The notes beneath the pieces were generated by a model. That model was not told the DNA's origin. It searched no databases and saw only the letters and a list, made by a program, of their open reading frames with translations. The translations under genes and the position numbers were made by a program. Positions 11,707-25,189 of a stretch of 64,000 nt of DNA are shown in pieces. The stretch covers positions 135,656,001 through 135,720,000 of the forward strand of contig OZ024740.1 of the NCBI GenBank assembly GCA_964016885.1. The letters are read 5' to 3'. The stretch's first letter is position 1. Each line of letters begins with the position of its first letter. The DNA is from Eledone cirrhosa. Taxonomy: Eukaryota.

Positions 11707-14700
11707 CTGAAACAGAATCACGATTTCTTTTAGATTAACAAACAATATGTTGAAACATTTCAACTCTTTTGATACCAACCCACCTGAAACTACCCCTGAT
11801 TTTATAATACAAAACTGCCTGTTTTAAAGTATTCATATTTAAACTAAAACTTTACATGATATTATATAAGAAACTTTTGTTAAGAAATGTTCTAAACACC
11901 AGCTTAATGAGAATGTTAAGCCATGACTAAATTCCTCCAAATTTTCAAAATAAATTGAAACATATGCTGTATATTTCAGTAGAAACATAAGAAAAAGTTT
12001 AATCACCATAATAGCATCTCAGTATTGCTCCTGATAAATTTAACATTACTCGGCATTTTAACTCAGAACCCAAAGCGCCAGAAAAAATACTATAAGCCCT
12101 CCTATCCAATAGTCTTGGGATTTCATCAATCCGCTCTGTGAACTGGTACTATATTTATGGACCCTTAAATTTGTCGCCTTACATGTGATTAGAAGAATTG
12201 ATTGAGCAAATAAAAAAATATACAGATAATTTTGAGAGTGAAGACATTTTTATCAAGATCTTTTAGATAAGTTATGGCAATGGTGATACAGTGTTGACTT
12301 TTGAGATAAAACTTTTAGGTTGTTACGCCAAATTTGAGGCCTTGAGGCTATGTTACAAAATACAGTGAAATTCTGTTATAACAAAATTCATGGGATATAG
12401 AAAAAAATTTTTGTAACGAAAAATTCTTTATAATGAGATCAACCGAAACAAATAGAGTGTTTGTTATTATGGTATTCATTATATCAGAGTTTTACCTGTA
12501 TTTCCAATTTAATACCCTAGCTGACAAATAGATTATTTTTATACACAGATGAACATGGTTTTTAAGCCAGCAATTTGATAAATGTTAGATAAACATTACA
12601 GACAGACATTTTCAATGATGTACAATGTAAACCTTAGTATTTATAAGAAAATATTCCTTATTTACAATATTTATTTTACAATTTTTCAGAATTACTCACT
12701 TGAAATTGACGAAGATCCCAGATTTTGATAACTCCGTCATCACCACCAGACACCAAGAAAGGATCATTCTTGTTCCAATGAATCACATTAACATCAGCAT
12801 CATGAGCACCAGAACATGTCAGCATACAAGCTTTGTTTGGTGCTACTCTGGCATCCCAAATTTTGATACTTTTATCAACAGAACATGAAGCAAATACCTT
12901 TACCGAGAAAAACAAAACATTCAATATATTAATGTATTGATGATGAGAATACAGAATAGAAAGGAAACATGAACAATGTGTTTTAACCCTTTAGCATTTA
13001 CATTACTCTATATATAGTATTGTATTTTCAATGTAAAGGCTTTATCCCACGTAATATCGAATCTATGAGATTTTGATATTTATTTTGAGAACAATACCTT
13101 AACATAAATATGAGCAGCTGGTTTGGCGATGGGAGAATTCTGGCCGGATACAGCCGGTTTAAATGTTAAAGGGTTATGGCCTGGCCATGTTTTACAGCTG
13201 TGCGCCCTTCCTGGTACCAACCCTTTTAGTTGCTTTTAATGATATGCATGGATATGGTGCATCCATTCAAAATTGGATAAACCACCCCATGATTAGGGTA
13301 TTTGGCTGAAAACTATAAGGTTATGAGTTTGATTCCTGGACCCAGTGGTGTGTTGTACTTTTTAGCAAGATGCTTCATTTCACACTGCTTTTCATAATAG
13401 GACTGGGGTTCCCTGTTAACCCCACATTTAATGCTGTATGTCATTAACCCTTTAGCATTACACTATACTTACTATTATATTTTCACGGTAAACATTTTAT
13501 TGCACATAAAAATCTATGAGATTTTGAAATTTATTTATTTTGAGAAGAATACCTTAACATAAATATGAACAGCCAGTTTGAACAGAAAGAGGTGAGAAAA
13601 CAGGCTAGATATGGCCAGTTTAAATGCTAAAGGGTTAATACATATATACTGAACATTTATGTAATTAAATCTTAGGAATAAATTATTAAAATCTATTCTT
13701 TTATTACTTCCACATGTCAGTAATCAACATAAATTATAGGATTCCTCTCATGTAAACCATTAATTTATCAAAATGCCAATTTCTGTTTGTATGCTCATTC
13801 ATATATCTAGTAAACCTGGTATATATGATATATCCATCTTGGACTTCAAAAATTAAATATGTTCAACATTATTGCTGTCAGGGGTCCACAACTTAATAAT
13901 AATGATAAAAATATTGAAATGTTACTTTGGAGAGAGAGATGCCTATTTGATTGCTAGGTCTGAAATATATCAGGACTAATATTTCTATGGTAACATTTCT
14001 TCAATATTTTTGTTATTGTTATTATTCATATCTAATATTCGAACTATAGCCTTCTATAACAATCACTACATATACAGGGCGACCTCAAAAACATCCCAAG
14101 CTTGATTATCGCATTGATGTTTGCTGAGCAACAAAAGGGGTACACATCGAGAGTCTATGATATCAACGAATACCACATGAAACTGTGTTAGTTTATGCAA
14201 CTGTAGCCACTAATATTGTAAGAATATTCATTTAAGTTTTCATATTATAAGTATTTGAAATCAAGGAGTGTTTTTGTGGTCACCCTGTATATATCCAGAA
14301 ATAAGGCTTGGTAAAAGGAACCTGGCCTAGGTTTTGTAGTGTTACAAAACCAGAACTGCATGATTGTAAAAAAGTTCTAAATGACACAGCCTTGCCTGCA
14401 CTCTAAAATTATTAATATGAGTGAAGTTTGGACACCCAGAGACACACTCATATATTCAATCATTTTGAATGGTTTTGTTTCTCTTCTGGTCATACAACAC
14501 ATTTCTATTGATTTCTAGGAGTTGCTTTAGTTCAATATTGATCATTCTAGTTGAAGAAGATTGTTTAAGTTTCATCACCATCATGATATATCCTCTTTCC
14601 ATGCTTGTACATTATATTTTGGGAATGGCGTCTGATTGGATGCCCTTCCAGATATCTACCACTTTAGGGAGTATACTGGGCACTTTTTATCTTGACGCCA

Positions 14701-17700
14701 GCATTACTCCTTTATAATCGTTTGTACAGGTTATATTTTCATCAAGAAAGAAACTCACATTGGCTTCTGTGGGTGACCACTGGATGTCCTCTACAGAGGC
14801 TGTGTGGCTCCTGTAGGGTCGTTGTTCAACAACCCAACTAGATTCAGATTTCAGCTTCCAAAGATAGATATTTTTGTTGCAATCACCTGTTGCTAATTGA
14901 CCTGAAAATGAACAGAACAGGTAAATTGGTGTCATTTATGTCTGAAGAAAACTGGAAAAAAAATAAATTTACAAACTAAACCAATTTCTTAAATTATGTA
15001 AATTGACAAAGTACAATTTGCTCCCATTCATAACTGTGTAGAGGTGCATGGCCTAGTGGTAGGGGTGTTGGATCATAATGTCATAGGTTCAATTCATGGA
15101 TTGGGTTGTGTTCTTGAGCAAAACACTTCATTACATGTTGCTCCAATATAGTCAGCTGAAAATGAGTACCAGAAATAGCTGGGTTTTAACTCTGTGATAG
15201 ACTGGTGTCCTGTCGAGGGGAGGTTTTGTACTCTCAGTCACTTAACGCCATGGAAACCGGAATAAGCACTGGCTTGATGAGCCTCTGTGCTGGAGACAGA
15301 CTTTAAACTTTTTTTTAGACATAATAACTATATAAATTCTAATTGCAATTTGGATTTTCAAAAGAATAGGAAGTATATCTTCTACTTTACTTTAATCAAC
15401 TATACAGTGGTAGTAAGCAGCAACAAGGCATGCCAACAGTTAATAACAATTGTATAACATGCTTTTTAATTGATCAATGAGAAATTTCTATGGCAACTAA
15501 ATACATAAGACAATAAAGCACCACCAAACTCTGGGAGGGCTCTGTAGAAACAGTAGACAGCTTTTGCTACCTAGATGACCGAATTAACAGTGGAGGTGGG
15601 TGTTCGGAAAGTACAGTAACCAGGTTAAGAACGGGGTGGAAGTTCAAGGAGCTACAGCCACTGCTAGCTGCAAAAGGCTTTTCCTTCAAAATGAAAGGCA
15701 GACTGTATGATGCGTGCATACGAACAACAATGCTACATGGTAGTGAGACCTGGGCATTGTGTGTAGAAGACTTGTGCAGATTATAAAGAAACAAAGCTTG
15801 CTTGCTCCAATGGATGTGTAATAGTAACATACGCGAATGGCAAAGCATAAACGAATTGAGAGAGAGAGAGACTGAACATAAGAGGAATGCTGTGTGCAGG
15901 AAAGGAGGCTCCGTTGGTATGAACATGTGATGTGTATGATGGATGACAGCTGCATAAAAAGGTGCAGAAAACTAGAAGTCGATGGAAAAAGCAGAGTGGG
16001 GAGACCCAAGAAGACCTGAGATGAGGTGATAAAGGCCAACCTTACCCAATTGCACCTCTTAAGAGCAATGACACACGACCGTGACCTCTGGCATCACGCA
16101 GTAATACAGAAGACCCGACTTCCCACGAGTACAAGCCGAAGCTGAAGCATATAGGCAATATGCCCCCTTCTCCCCCCCCCCCCCCCCACTGCAAAGTGTA
16201 TGTGCAGGCGCCACGGAAAAAAGGCACCCAGCACTCACTATGAGGTTGGTGTTAGGAAGGGCATCCAGCTGTAGAAATCATGCCAGAATCAGTTTCAGTA
16301 TGAGGAAGACAAGGTCAGCTGAACGGACACTGACCACAACAGGAAACCCTGTCTAACCCATGCTAGTGTGGAAGAACGGACATAAAACGGTGATGATGAT
16401 GATGATGATGATGATGACGGATAAAATAATTTAGGGTAGCATTTTCTTACATGAGTTATCTTGTTATCAGGGCACAACACATCTTTGTGGTGATGAGATA
16501 TGTTTAAGGTTTAAAATCATGATCCTGAACTGTACATTAAATCCTTATCATCACCATTTATCGTCCATTTTTCCATGCTAGTCCCGCTATGATATAAGCC
16601 AGATCAGCTGATTTGTCTTGCTCATATAGAACAGTTTCTGGCTTGGTTCTACAGTTAGATGCCTTTTCTAATGAATGCTAACTACATTTACAGTGTGAAC
16701 TGGATGCTTTTTGTTACGACACCAACAATTCCAATCCTTTCATAATTTGACACCATTTCCAACAGTTATTACAACTTATACTAGATTGGTCATTTTATCA
16801 ATTGCAGTTATTAGTTCAACCCAATCAGTCATGTAGATAGGCTCTACAAGACAAAACCCAGAAGCATTCATATATGTTTGAAACAAATGTATAGTTTCTA
16901 AGCATACCTTATACTAATAATGAGTTTTACTTGACATAAAATGGGTACAAGGGGCATTGCACTAAAATAGCTTTTCTTTTTATATTCTAAGGTGTACAAA
17001 TACTAAATGGTGTAGTGACTAGTCTTGTTTGATCAATTCCTTAACGAAAACAGCACATAAAAAGAAAGCGAAAATTGATTTTTGAAAAAAAAAATTAAAA
17101 AAAAATAAAATAAAATTTATACCAGGAGTGGTTGGAGACCAATCCAAAGCATATCCTTCTATTTGGTGTCCAGGAAAATTGAAAACTGGATCTGGAGATA
17201 TGCAGTTCCTGATATAATAACTCAATTTCTCTGTATCATTGAGAGCTTCATAGGGTTTAGATAAATCCCATATATATACTTTGCCATTCATTGACCAAGT
17301 AGCAGCAAACTTCTTGTTGTTTATGTCTGTTGCCTGAAAGATAGGGGTAAAAAAATAATGATTCATTAAATACTGTAAATAATAAATCAATGTACTGATT
17401 GAATCACTCATCACCATTATCATTTGAACAGTTTTCTTAGCTAGAATTGTCCCATATACATACTACCAGCATACAGAGTATCTGTGCAACAGTTGAAATG
17501 ATTTACTTTACCTAAGACTGAAAGTATAAAAACTACTTTAGATTAAAATGAGTTGACATTTCATTAAATACATTCTGTATTGTTTTCTTCAATACGAAAC
17601 CACCTAAAACTATTCATGATTCTACAATTCAAAACTGTTTATTTTAAAGTGTTTATATTTACCTAAAAGACATTCTATCATAATTTATGCTAGAACCTTA

Positions 17701-20018
17701 GTTAGGTTACATTCAAAATATCAACTTAATGAGAAAATTAGGAAGAGGCTATGTAGCCGGTCCCAGTAAAATAGACTCTCAGGCTATTTAGTCTGTAAGA
17801 GTGTCAGACAAAATGAGTTGTGGCTCGATTAAAGACAATTTGAAATCTTTTCCACCATCAATTGTTAAAAAACAAGTTAAATTCATTTTGTCATCATATC
17901 ATTATAATTCTGCTTGTTTTTAATCCATTTGTAACGTACCGAGCGCTTTAGTTACATACATCTGAGTTCCATGGTTTAAGAATTTTAGCAGAGTCAAATA
18001 TTTTTGAAAGTAAGAATTTTAGCAGAAAGTCAAATATCTTCGAAATTAAGAATTTTAGTTAAAGATAGTAGTCACTAGTGTTCTAAAACACTATTTATTA
18101 TTTAGTGATAAAATTGCAATTACTCTAATTCGATTAACACATCCAGGGTGGTTGATAGTGGTCGTTTCTAGATCTGGTTTTTCATCTTCATCTTCACTTT
18201 CCGAAGAATCCGAATTGCTATCATCATTGGCTTCTTTTTGTTTAATACGATGTAAGTTATTCATTTTCACCACAGTAATAATGTTCTTATGATCCTCAAC
18301 TGACTGACTTCCAGCCACAAGACTAAGAGTTAGAGGAAATTCTTCTCTATTGGAACCAAGATCATCCGATAAAATATCAAAACTGAGACACGGCGAGTCT
18401 AGACAAAATAGAAAGAAAAATGAAACAATGAAGAATGAGAATAATGATTGAAGTTCAATAAATACTGAAAACAATTATTTCTACTTTAGGTACAAGGCCA
18501 ACAATTTTGGGGGAGGAGGAAGTCGTTTAAATCGACCCAAGCGCATTACTAGTACTTTATTTTATCGACCCCGTAAGGATGAAAGGCAGAACTAATACCG
18601 GCGTGATTTGAAATCAGAACGTAAATGGCCGTAACTATGTGCCACGAAGCAGAGTGTCTGACGCTCTGTCGATACTGCCAATCCACCACCTTCAACTGAA
18701 AATAATTGTTTCTATTTTTTGCACAAGGCCAGCAATAACCCAGTACATTACTGGTACTTTATTTTATCGACCACGTAAGGATGAAAGGCAAAGTTAACCT
18801 CGACGGGATTTGAACTCAGATCGTAAAGGGACGTAACTCTTTGCGTCAAAGCATGGCGTCAGACCCTCTACTGATACTGCCATGAAAATAATACTTAGCA
18901 TTAAGTTAGTTAAAATCTTTCTCGAGCCTTAGAGGTACGTAAAGCCGAAACTTAACCCGGTTCCATGTGGTGTTAAGCGACTCATAGTACAAGACTCCCA
19001 GCCCACCGCCACAGTAGGAACTGATACATGCGAAATAAAACTCTGTCTGGGAATTGAACCCTTACTAGGCCACGCATAGTCGAAAATTAAAGAGGTATAT
19101 GCCTAGCAGACTGAATTTATCGACACTTGATAACGCTGCAAGCGTATTAGCATGCCTCAAAATATTCTGTTGACCCATGTGATGTGCGGCCGATTGTCGC
19201 ACTTGGTGGTGAATTGATAGTTGTTTTTGTTTCCTTTCTCTCGCTCTGATCACATATTTTGGTGCGTTGTATTTGTGAGGTTCCTAGCAATAATTAATTG
19301 TATTTGTTATGTGTTTATATTTTCATTCTAAAAGAACTGGAAGTAATTTGTAATGTTTATGTATATATTTAAAATGTATATGTATTAGTGAGATGAAAAT
19401 GAAAGCTATTAGTGGCCGAAGTAAAGAGAAACACCAGGATTATACAGTATGGTTCCGAGTTCAAATAAGGTGAGTGAAGTTGATTGATAAGACACGTTGT
19501 AACAGTAAAAAATGTAGTCTTTATCAACAATGCCCTTACGATAAATTCCTATCCTTTACAACAAAAAAATAGTACAAAACAATTCAGATGTTTTCTTTAA
19601 TGAAACATAAAAGTAATGTATGTAAAGGTGAAGATGATCAATTAATATGATTACATAAAATATTGTTGATAAAAAACGAGGCGTTCAAGCATGAACAATT
19701 ATTGTCTTCAAGAGAAATATGTCTAAAAGCAAATTGATCATATCAATAGTAAATTCAACAGTCAATATAATTGTTTCGCTACTTTTCGGTAAGCAACAGA
19801 AAAACATTACTGAGTCTAAAAACTTAACGCTAAATTCCAATGTTTTAGTTACAAATATACAACATACCTAAATCTGCTTGATGATACATGATATATGCAG
19901 TCTCATCAAATTCTAAATCCCCCTGTTCATCCTCTTCAACATTATTCTCTGTCTCCATATCATCCATTTCAGAATCGTTGCTTCCTCCGATACCATTAGC
20001 TTCTTCCATGTCAGCCAT
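11395..20018 (-). CDS. GRWD1: Glutamate-rich WD repeat-containing protein 1 (Rrb1 ortholog; ribosome assembly / histone binding), 6 coding exons, 1290 nt CDS, 429 aa
   Basis: Exons 20018-19868, 18398-18124, 17333-17123, 14901-14759, 12897-12700, 11706-11395; all GT-AG, phases 1,0,1,0,0 join in frame; family motifs [74 protein letters not shown]. Confidence 0.96.
12363..12498. mobile_element. Short Tc1/pogo(Tigger)-like MITE
   Basis: TA-CAGTGAAATTCTGTTATAA ... ATATCAGAGTTTTACCTG-TA imperfect TIRs with TA flanks. Confidence 0.55.
12700..12897 (-). CDS. GRWD1: GRWD1 coding exon 5
   Basis: aag acceptor; [15 protein letters not shown]...[10 protein letters not shown]; donor GTGAGT. Confidence 0.93.
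12983..13177. mobile_element. piggyBac-like MITE
   Basis: TTAA-CCCTTTAGCATTT ... AAATGTTAAAGGG-TTAT. Confidence 0.7.
13444..13638. mobile_element. piggyBac-like MITE (same family)
   Basis: TTAA-CCCTTTAGCATT ... AATGCTAAAGGG-TTAA, with TTAA target duplication. Confidence 0.75.
14075..14287. mobile_element. Tc1/mariner-type MITE
   Basis: TA-CAGGGCGACCTCAAAA ... TTTTGTGGTCACCCTG-TA. Confidence 0.7.
14759..14901 (-). CDS. GRWD1: GRWD1 coding exon 4
   Basis: ttttcag acceptor; GQLATGDC...[13 protein letters not shown]; donor GTGAGT. Confidence 0.93.
15041..15310 (+). mobile_element. tRNA-derived SINE, second family with a different tail
   Basis: TGGCCTAGTGG A box, GGTTCAATTC B box, tail ...agacagactttaaacttt; related reverse-strand pieces near 18915-19000 and 20345-20440. 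Confidence 0.7.
15500..16418 (+). mobile_element. 5'-truncated RTE-type LINE 3' fragment
   Basis: Remnants [16 protein letters not shown] and GRPKKT; 3' UTR and (gat)n tail as in 26777-28622. Confidence 0.8.
17123..17333 (-). CDS. GRWD1: GRWD1 coding exon 3
   Basis: tttcag acceptor; ATDINNKK...[12 protein letters not shown]; donor G|GTATAA. Confidence 0.92.
18124..18398 (-). CDS. GRWD1: GRWD1 coding exon 2
   Basis: Pyrimidine tract + AG; SPCLSFDIL...HPGCVNRIR; donor GTAATT. Confidence 0.93.
18489..18880 (-). mobile_element. Two tandem short SINE-like repeats
   Basis: Two copies of 'acaaggcca..tactttattttatcgacc..gtaaggatgaaaggca..gatttgaa(a/c)tcaga..cgtaaa'; reverse complement has B-box-like GTTCAAATC. 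Confidence 0.6.
19868..20018 (-). CDS. GRWD1: GRWD1 coding exon 1 (acidic N-terminus)
   Basis: aagATGGCT start; MADMEEANG...[16 protein letters not shown]; donor G|GTATGT. Confidence 0.9.
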
Positions 20019-20062
20019 CTTACTACACGTGTCTCAAATTGACATAATGCGCATGTCCGGAA
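20014..20062 (-). promoter_or_regulatory. Housekeeping-type proximal motifs at the GRWD1 start: YY1-like AAGATGGC over the ATG, NRF1-like TGCGCATG and ETS-like CCGGAA
   Basis: gccatctt 20014-20021; tgcgcatgtccggaa 20048-20062; motif match only. Confidence 0.45.
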
Positions 20063-20440
20063 AACTAATTCTCTTTGCGTGAATTACCACGACTCAACAA
20101 GTTACCCCCACATATTACCTCTGGCTCTGTTAGAAATAGTAGCAAAATCTCTCACGAATAATATTAAATGTCTTGGAAAGGAAGAACACATTCAATAATA
20201 TAGTGCTCGACAAAATAGTAGAGTGGTCGCGGCTGGATCAAGCTTGACTAGAGAAACAGATTTTCTAACTCGAACTACTTCCGCCTCTTCGTTGATTAAT
20301 GCTTACTAGTGTACGGAAACTCTGGGGAAGTTTATGCTTCGCTAAAAGTCTAAAGTCTGTCTCGAGCCCGGATGTTCATCAGGCTAGTGTTTATCTCGGT
20401 TTCCGTGGCGTAAAGCGACTGAATGTACAACACTCTTTCT

Positions 20441-20765
20441 GGCACTACAACGCTATTAGCTGTCAGTCCAGTGGAAAACAGGCGAAGGTGACGTCACTCG
20501 TCAACATCGTTTATTTCCGTATTACTACCACGCTTAAGTGGAGTTTTCACGCGTTTTTTTTGAGAGAGAGAGGGAAGACTTAAAAGGGCCAAATTAGAAA
20601 ACAAGTCATGGTTATAAAGCATATCGATGTAAGTGGAGTTACTTAAATGATAATATAGGTGGCCCTTAAAAGGGCCAAATTAGAAAACAAGTTATTCATA
20701 AATTTAAGTTTTATAATCAAATTTTTTTCACCAACAAATATGACAGCTAATAGCGTTGTAGTGCC
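20441..20765. mobile_element. Foldback/MITE with perfect 25 bp terminal inverted repeats
   Basis: GGCACTACAACGCTATTAGCTGTCA (20441-20465) and its exact reverse complement (20741-20765). Confidence 0.8.
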
Positions 20766-20798
20766 CGCATTCTGTATCTTTACGTATATTGCGCATAG

Positions 20799-21090
20799 AT
20801 ACGAGGGTTGACAAAGATACTCTCATGGAATGTGACCAAATGAGGTTTATTTTTCAACATAGTCTCCCTTGCGTTCCACACACTTCCATCGGTGTTGCAG
20901 TACTGAGATCAATGTTTTCCTCGGTAGTGGCAGTTGTAGGACGTCCAGACATTGGGTCATCTTCAAGAATCCCCTATCCTTTCCTAAATTCGGCTGCCCA
21001 CTTTTGCACTATGGAAAATTGTGGTACAATATTGTAAGGTCTGCTTATAGCATTATCCATCTTTCAAAAATGAAGGTCCACATTTCGTCG
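20799..21090. mobile_element. mariner-like transposon remnant
   Basis: TA-CGAGGG terminus followed by 'tttatttttcaacatagtctccctt' typical of mariner-type ends; no open transposase. Confidence 0.5.
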
Positions 21091-21789
21091 ACTTCAATAC
21101 ATTTTATTACATGTTATTGTATTGTAAACATTAACTTTTATGGAAATTTTATTACAAAATTTCAATTTAGTTCGATTTTTTGTAATTTATTTAACAAACA
21201 TGGAAAAATAAGAAAAAGAATAAAATAAAAAATAATTTGATTGCCTTTAATAAAGAAGATAAATAGAGTGGAACTGATTTCCAGGTCATACTAATGAAAC
21301 AAGGTTTTTTCCATTACTGATATTATCTGTCTGCCGCAAGTCCTGGTAGAAGATGCTACACGAACTAAAGTATTTTACTGAAGGACGCAGCATGCTGCAA
21401 GATCGAAGAAACGAGCCCATGCCTTTATAATGGTTAGTCCAGTACCGTAACCCCTACGGCATGTGCCTTCACAGAGGAAAAGTAAATCATATTATAACAG
21501 ATTAGATGGGTACTATGTTAGATATTACTATGTGTCATATTATACCAAAGAGGAAGTGTGCTGTATAATAAACATTGATATCAGGTTGATTCAATAACTA
21601 CCCGGTCCCAAATATGAACCCATGAACTTATGGTCGTCAGTCAAACACTTTAACCATTGTATGTATGTATACACGTATGGATGGATGGATAGATATATGT
21701 ATGTGTGTATACATGTATGTATGGATGGATGGATGTATGCATGTATGTATACATGTATATATGTTAGTATGTATGCGTGTATGAGAACA

Positions 21790-24350
21790 ACTGGAAGGAC
21801 TTCAGGAGCTCGGTCTATGAGGCTTCAGCAGAGGTCCTTGGCTTTGTCACAAGAAAACAAGGACTAGTTTGATGAGAATGACCAGGAGGTCAAGGCTCTG
21901 CTAGACAGAAAACAAAAGGCACTTGATGCAGTTCTTAAAGGTGGTAGCTCTGTTAGTGACAATTATGAGCGTTACAGACAGGTAAAGAAGGAAGTGCAGG
22001 TGAAACTCAGGGCTATGCAAAATACCTGGTGGAGCAACAAAGCAGATGAAGTTCAAGTGGCATCTGACGGCAACAATGTAAAACTGCTGCACTTTCTACT
22101 CACAGAGGTGTATGGCCCTTTCAGCTCTCCAGTGGCCCCTTTGAGATCGAAAGATGGCAAGAAATTACTGCGTGACCCAAAAGATACTTGACAGATAGAG
22201 AGATCACTTTGATGAGCTCTTAAACCAGCCATCCCAGGTTGATGATGATTTCATTTGTTCCATTCCTATTGAACCAGTGAAGCATATGAGATGGCTAATG
22301 TATCTTCTCTTGCAGAGGGGACTTCTGTTGTGCATAAGCTGAACTGTGGTAAGTCTTCTGGTATGGATGGTCTGAGTGGAGCGGTTTTGAAGTGTGGTGG
22401 TGAAAACTTCACGCAGCGCCTGACTGACCTCATGAAAATGGTGAGGGAAGATGAGAATGTCCCACAAGAAGGATGCGCTCATGGAAAGGACGGCAAGGAC
22501 AAATGTGACAATTATCATGTCATATCCCTTCTTTCAGTAGTTGGTAAAGTTGTGTATTGATGGATAGATTGATCCCAAGAGTTGCTCAGAATGTGTTGCC
22601 TGAGTCGCAGTGTGGGTTCAGAAACGAAAGAGGAACAGTGGATATGATCGTTTCTGCTCGGCAGCTGCAAGAAAAGTGTATCGAACAATGTATGGACCTT
22701 GTAGCAGTAGCCTCCCTTGTTGTGACTCACAACCCCAATAGATTAACATCTAGACGGGAAGTAGAACCCTTTCTGTAACTTCCGGCAGAGCCCTATAAAA
22801 CGAATAGCTTTCGGCTCTCTCCCTCTCATTTGCCCTACCGGCGCCTGCCAGCCGCGTTTGCCTGGCAATCAAAACGGTAACTACTAACTTTTACAACCTT
22901 TACCAGGTCTTTGTTGACTTGACAAAGGCCTTTGACACTGTCAATCGAACTGACATGAAGGCTTTGGTCAGTATTGGTGGTAGCATCTCTGAACCAATAT
23001 CAGTTGAAAATGGAGTGAAGCAGGGGGACATTCCGGCTCCAACTCTGTTTTCCTTATATTTTACGATAGTGTTTCTCATGGCATTCAAATATTGTTCTCA
23101 TGGGGTTTACATCAGGTATCGCACTTCAGGAAGGTTGTTCAACACCAGGCGCTTTGGTACAAGCACAAAGGTTTTAACATCTATAATCCAAGAGTTTTTG
23201 TATGCAGACGACTGCGATCTTTTTGCACACTCACAAAGTGACATGCAGCATATTATGAACTCTTTTTCTGCAGCTTGCAGCACTCTGGGCATCACAATAA
23301 GCTTGGAAAAGACTGTTGTGATTTATCAGCCAGTACCTGGAAACGAGTACACTGCACCAAGTGTGTACATGTACGGAAAGAGGCTAAAAGTTGCTGACAA
23401 GTTTGTTTACTTTGGTAGTACGTTGAACACTTCATGCACACATGATAATGAAATATCCTTAAGAATCAAGAAAGCCAGTGGTGCTTTTGGACGGCTGCAT
23501 CAACGTTTATGGTCCAGACAAGGTATCACTATCGAAACCAAGGTGAAAGTGTATCTGACTTGTGTCGTCTCCTCTTTACTTTATGTTTGTGAAACGTGGG
23601 TCATATACAGAAAGCACCTCAAGGATCTGGAGAGATTACACCAACAATCTCTTCATAAGTTACTTGGGGTGTGGTGGAAAATGTTCGCCAGTGATTTAGA
23701 AGTTCTAGAACGGAGCAGGTGCGTGACTATAGAGAGCATAATCTTTCGGTATCGGTTGAGGTGGTGCAGTCACGTGGTCCAGATGTCTGATGATCGTATT
23801 CCAAAGCAACTTCTCTATGGAGAACTGTGTGAAGGAAGGCGACCACCACATAAACCAAAAAGGCGGTATCAGGGGCACCTTGGCTTGTGCTGGAATTTCA
23901 TCTGACGAGCGTGTGAAGTGGAGACGTTTGATCAAGTCAGGTGGTGAACACTTTGAAACTCGTCAGAGAACACCTAACACTGAAAAGGAAGGTGAGGATT
24001 GAGACTGTTCTGAACTGCCTGCTGTTGAACATCATCTGGTTTGCCAGCACTGGTCGAGTCAGCCTGAGCAAAGCTGGTTTGATTAGACATGGACAAAGTC
24101 ATATCAGTAGACCTCATGTAGATTATGATCTGAAAAGGTGTAAGAAATGTACAAGTATGGGAGGTCTTAAAAGATACATGTGAACATACAGCCATAACAA
24201 AGCAATGGAAGGTTTCGGGGGAGCCTAAAGTTGCCATGTGTGTGCCAGAGGGTGCAAGTATTTGGCTGGTTTAAAGAGTCACATTTGTGCTTCACATTTT
24301 TTAACATTTTATCGGGCGATGGCAATACTTGAACACGAGTTTGCAGCCAT
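21790..24350 (+). mobile_element. RTE (BovB-like) LINE, degraded with internal deletion
   Basis: LPESQCGFR..RGTVDMI..RQLQEKC, FVDLTKAFD, GVKQG..APTLF, LYADDC, DRIPKQLLYGEL; ORF 22919-23905; C2H2-like remnants at the 3' end. Confidence 0.88.
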
Positions 24351-25189
24351 CATGTAGTATGTATGTATGTCAAGTCACTATTCAGTGCTACTGGTAACAT
24401 GTAACCCAGTACAACCTGTTGCATGGTCGGGTCGTCGGTAACTAAACCGGCAGCCCCACCAAGAGTCAACGGCCATCCAAAAGTGTGTAATTATGTATAT
24501 ACACATGTACATATGTATGTATATATATATGTGTATATACGTGGGTGCATGTGTATGTACATGCGCGGGGACATAGAAATAATCGGGCTGAACACCTGAT
24601 CGCGTGGTTAAACCACTGGAAGTGAAGGACCCCTAGCCTTTGTCAGGGCATTCTTCTAGGAGAAGGCAACTCAGGAAACTGGGTTAACTCCGATATAAAA
24701 CCTGCGGCTCAGTAGTTACCGATGATGTTGATATTTTCTTCTTTTCGGGTTATAGCTACTGTCGCTCAGAGAGTGGGATTGGCTCAGTGCACAGTCTTTC
24801 CTCATTTAAAAAAATATCTTCATGCACAGGCATTGCACGATAGAATTAATTAATAATTATTAATAATGGTATATCGTGCAATGGCCATACTCAATAACGA
24901 GGGGGCAGCCATCATGTATGCATGTATGTATGTGTGTGTGTGCGTGCGTGTGTGTACATATATATATATATATGTGCATGTGGGTGTGTATATATATATC
25001 TCCATATACATATTTATTCAGCTGATATAGGCTGGATTGGTTGGAATATTCTCATGCAAATTCTTTCTGCTCTGTTAAATCGAAACAAATCTTGACTTTT
25101 TATTTGAGGTTTTCTATATAAGAGACCGGGAGACCATGTTGATACTATGAAGGCCATTTGTCCTAAGCCGCCTGGACTATTGCTCCCAG

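Noticed and set aside
20345-20400. CTGATGA-containing hairpin suggesting a hammerhead (also ~15270-15300)
   Set aside because: No GAAA half of the core or stem I; fits a SINE 3' tail stem-loop
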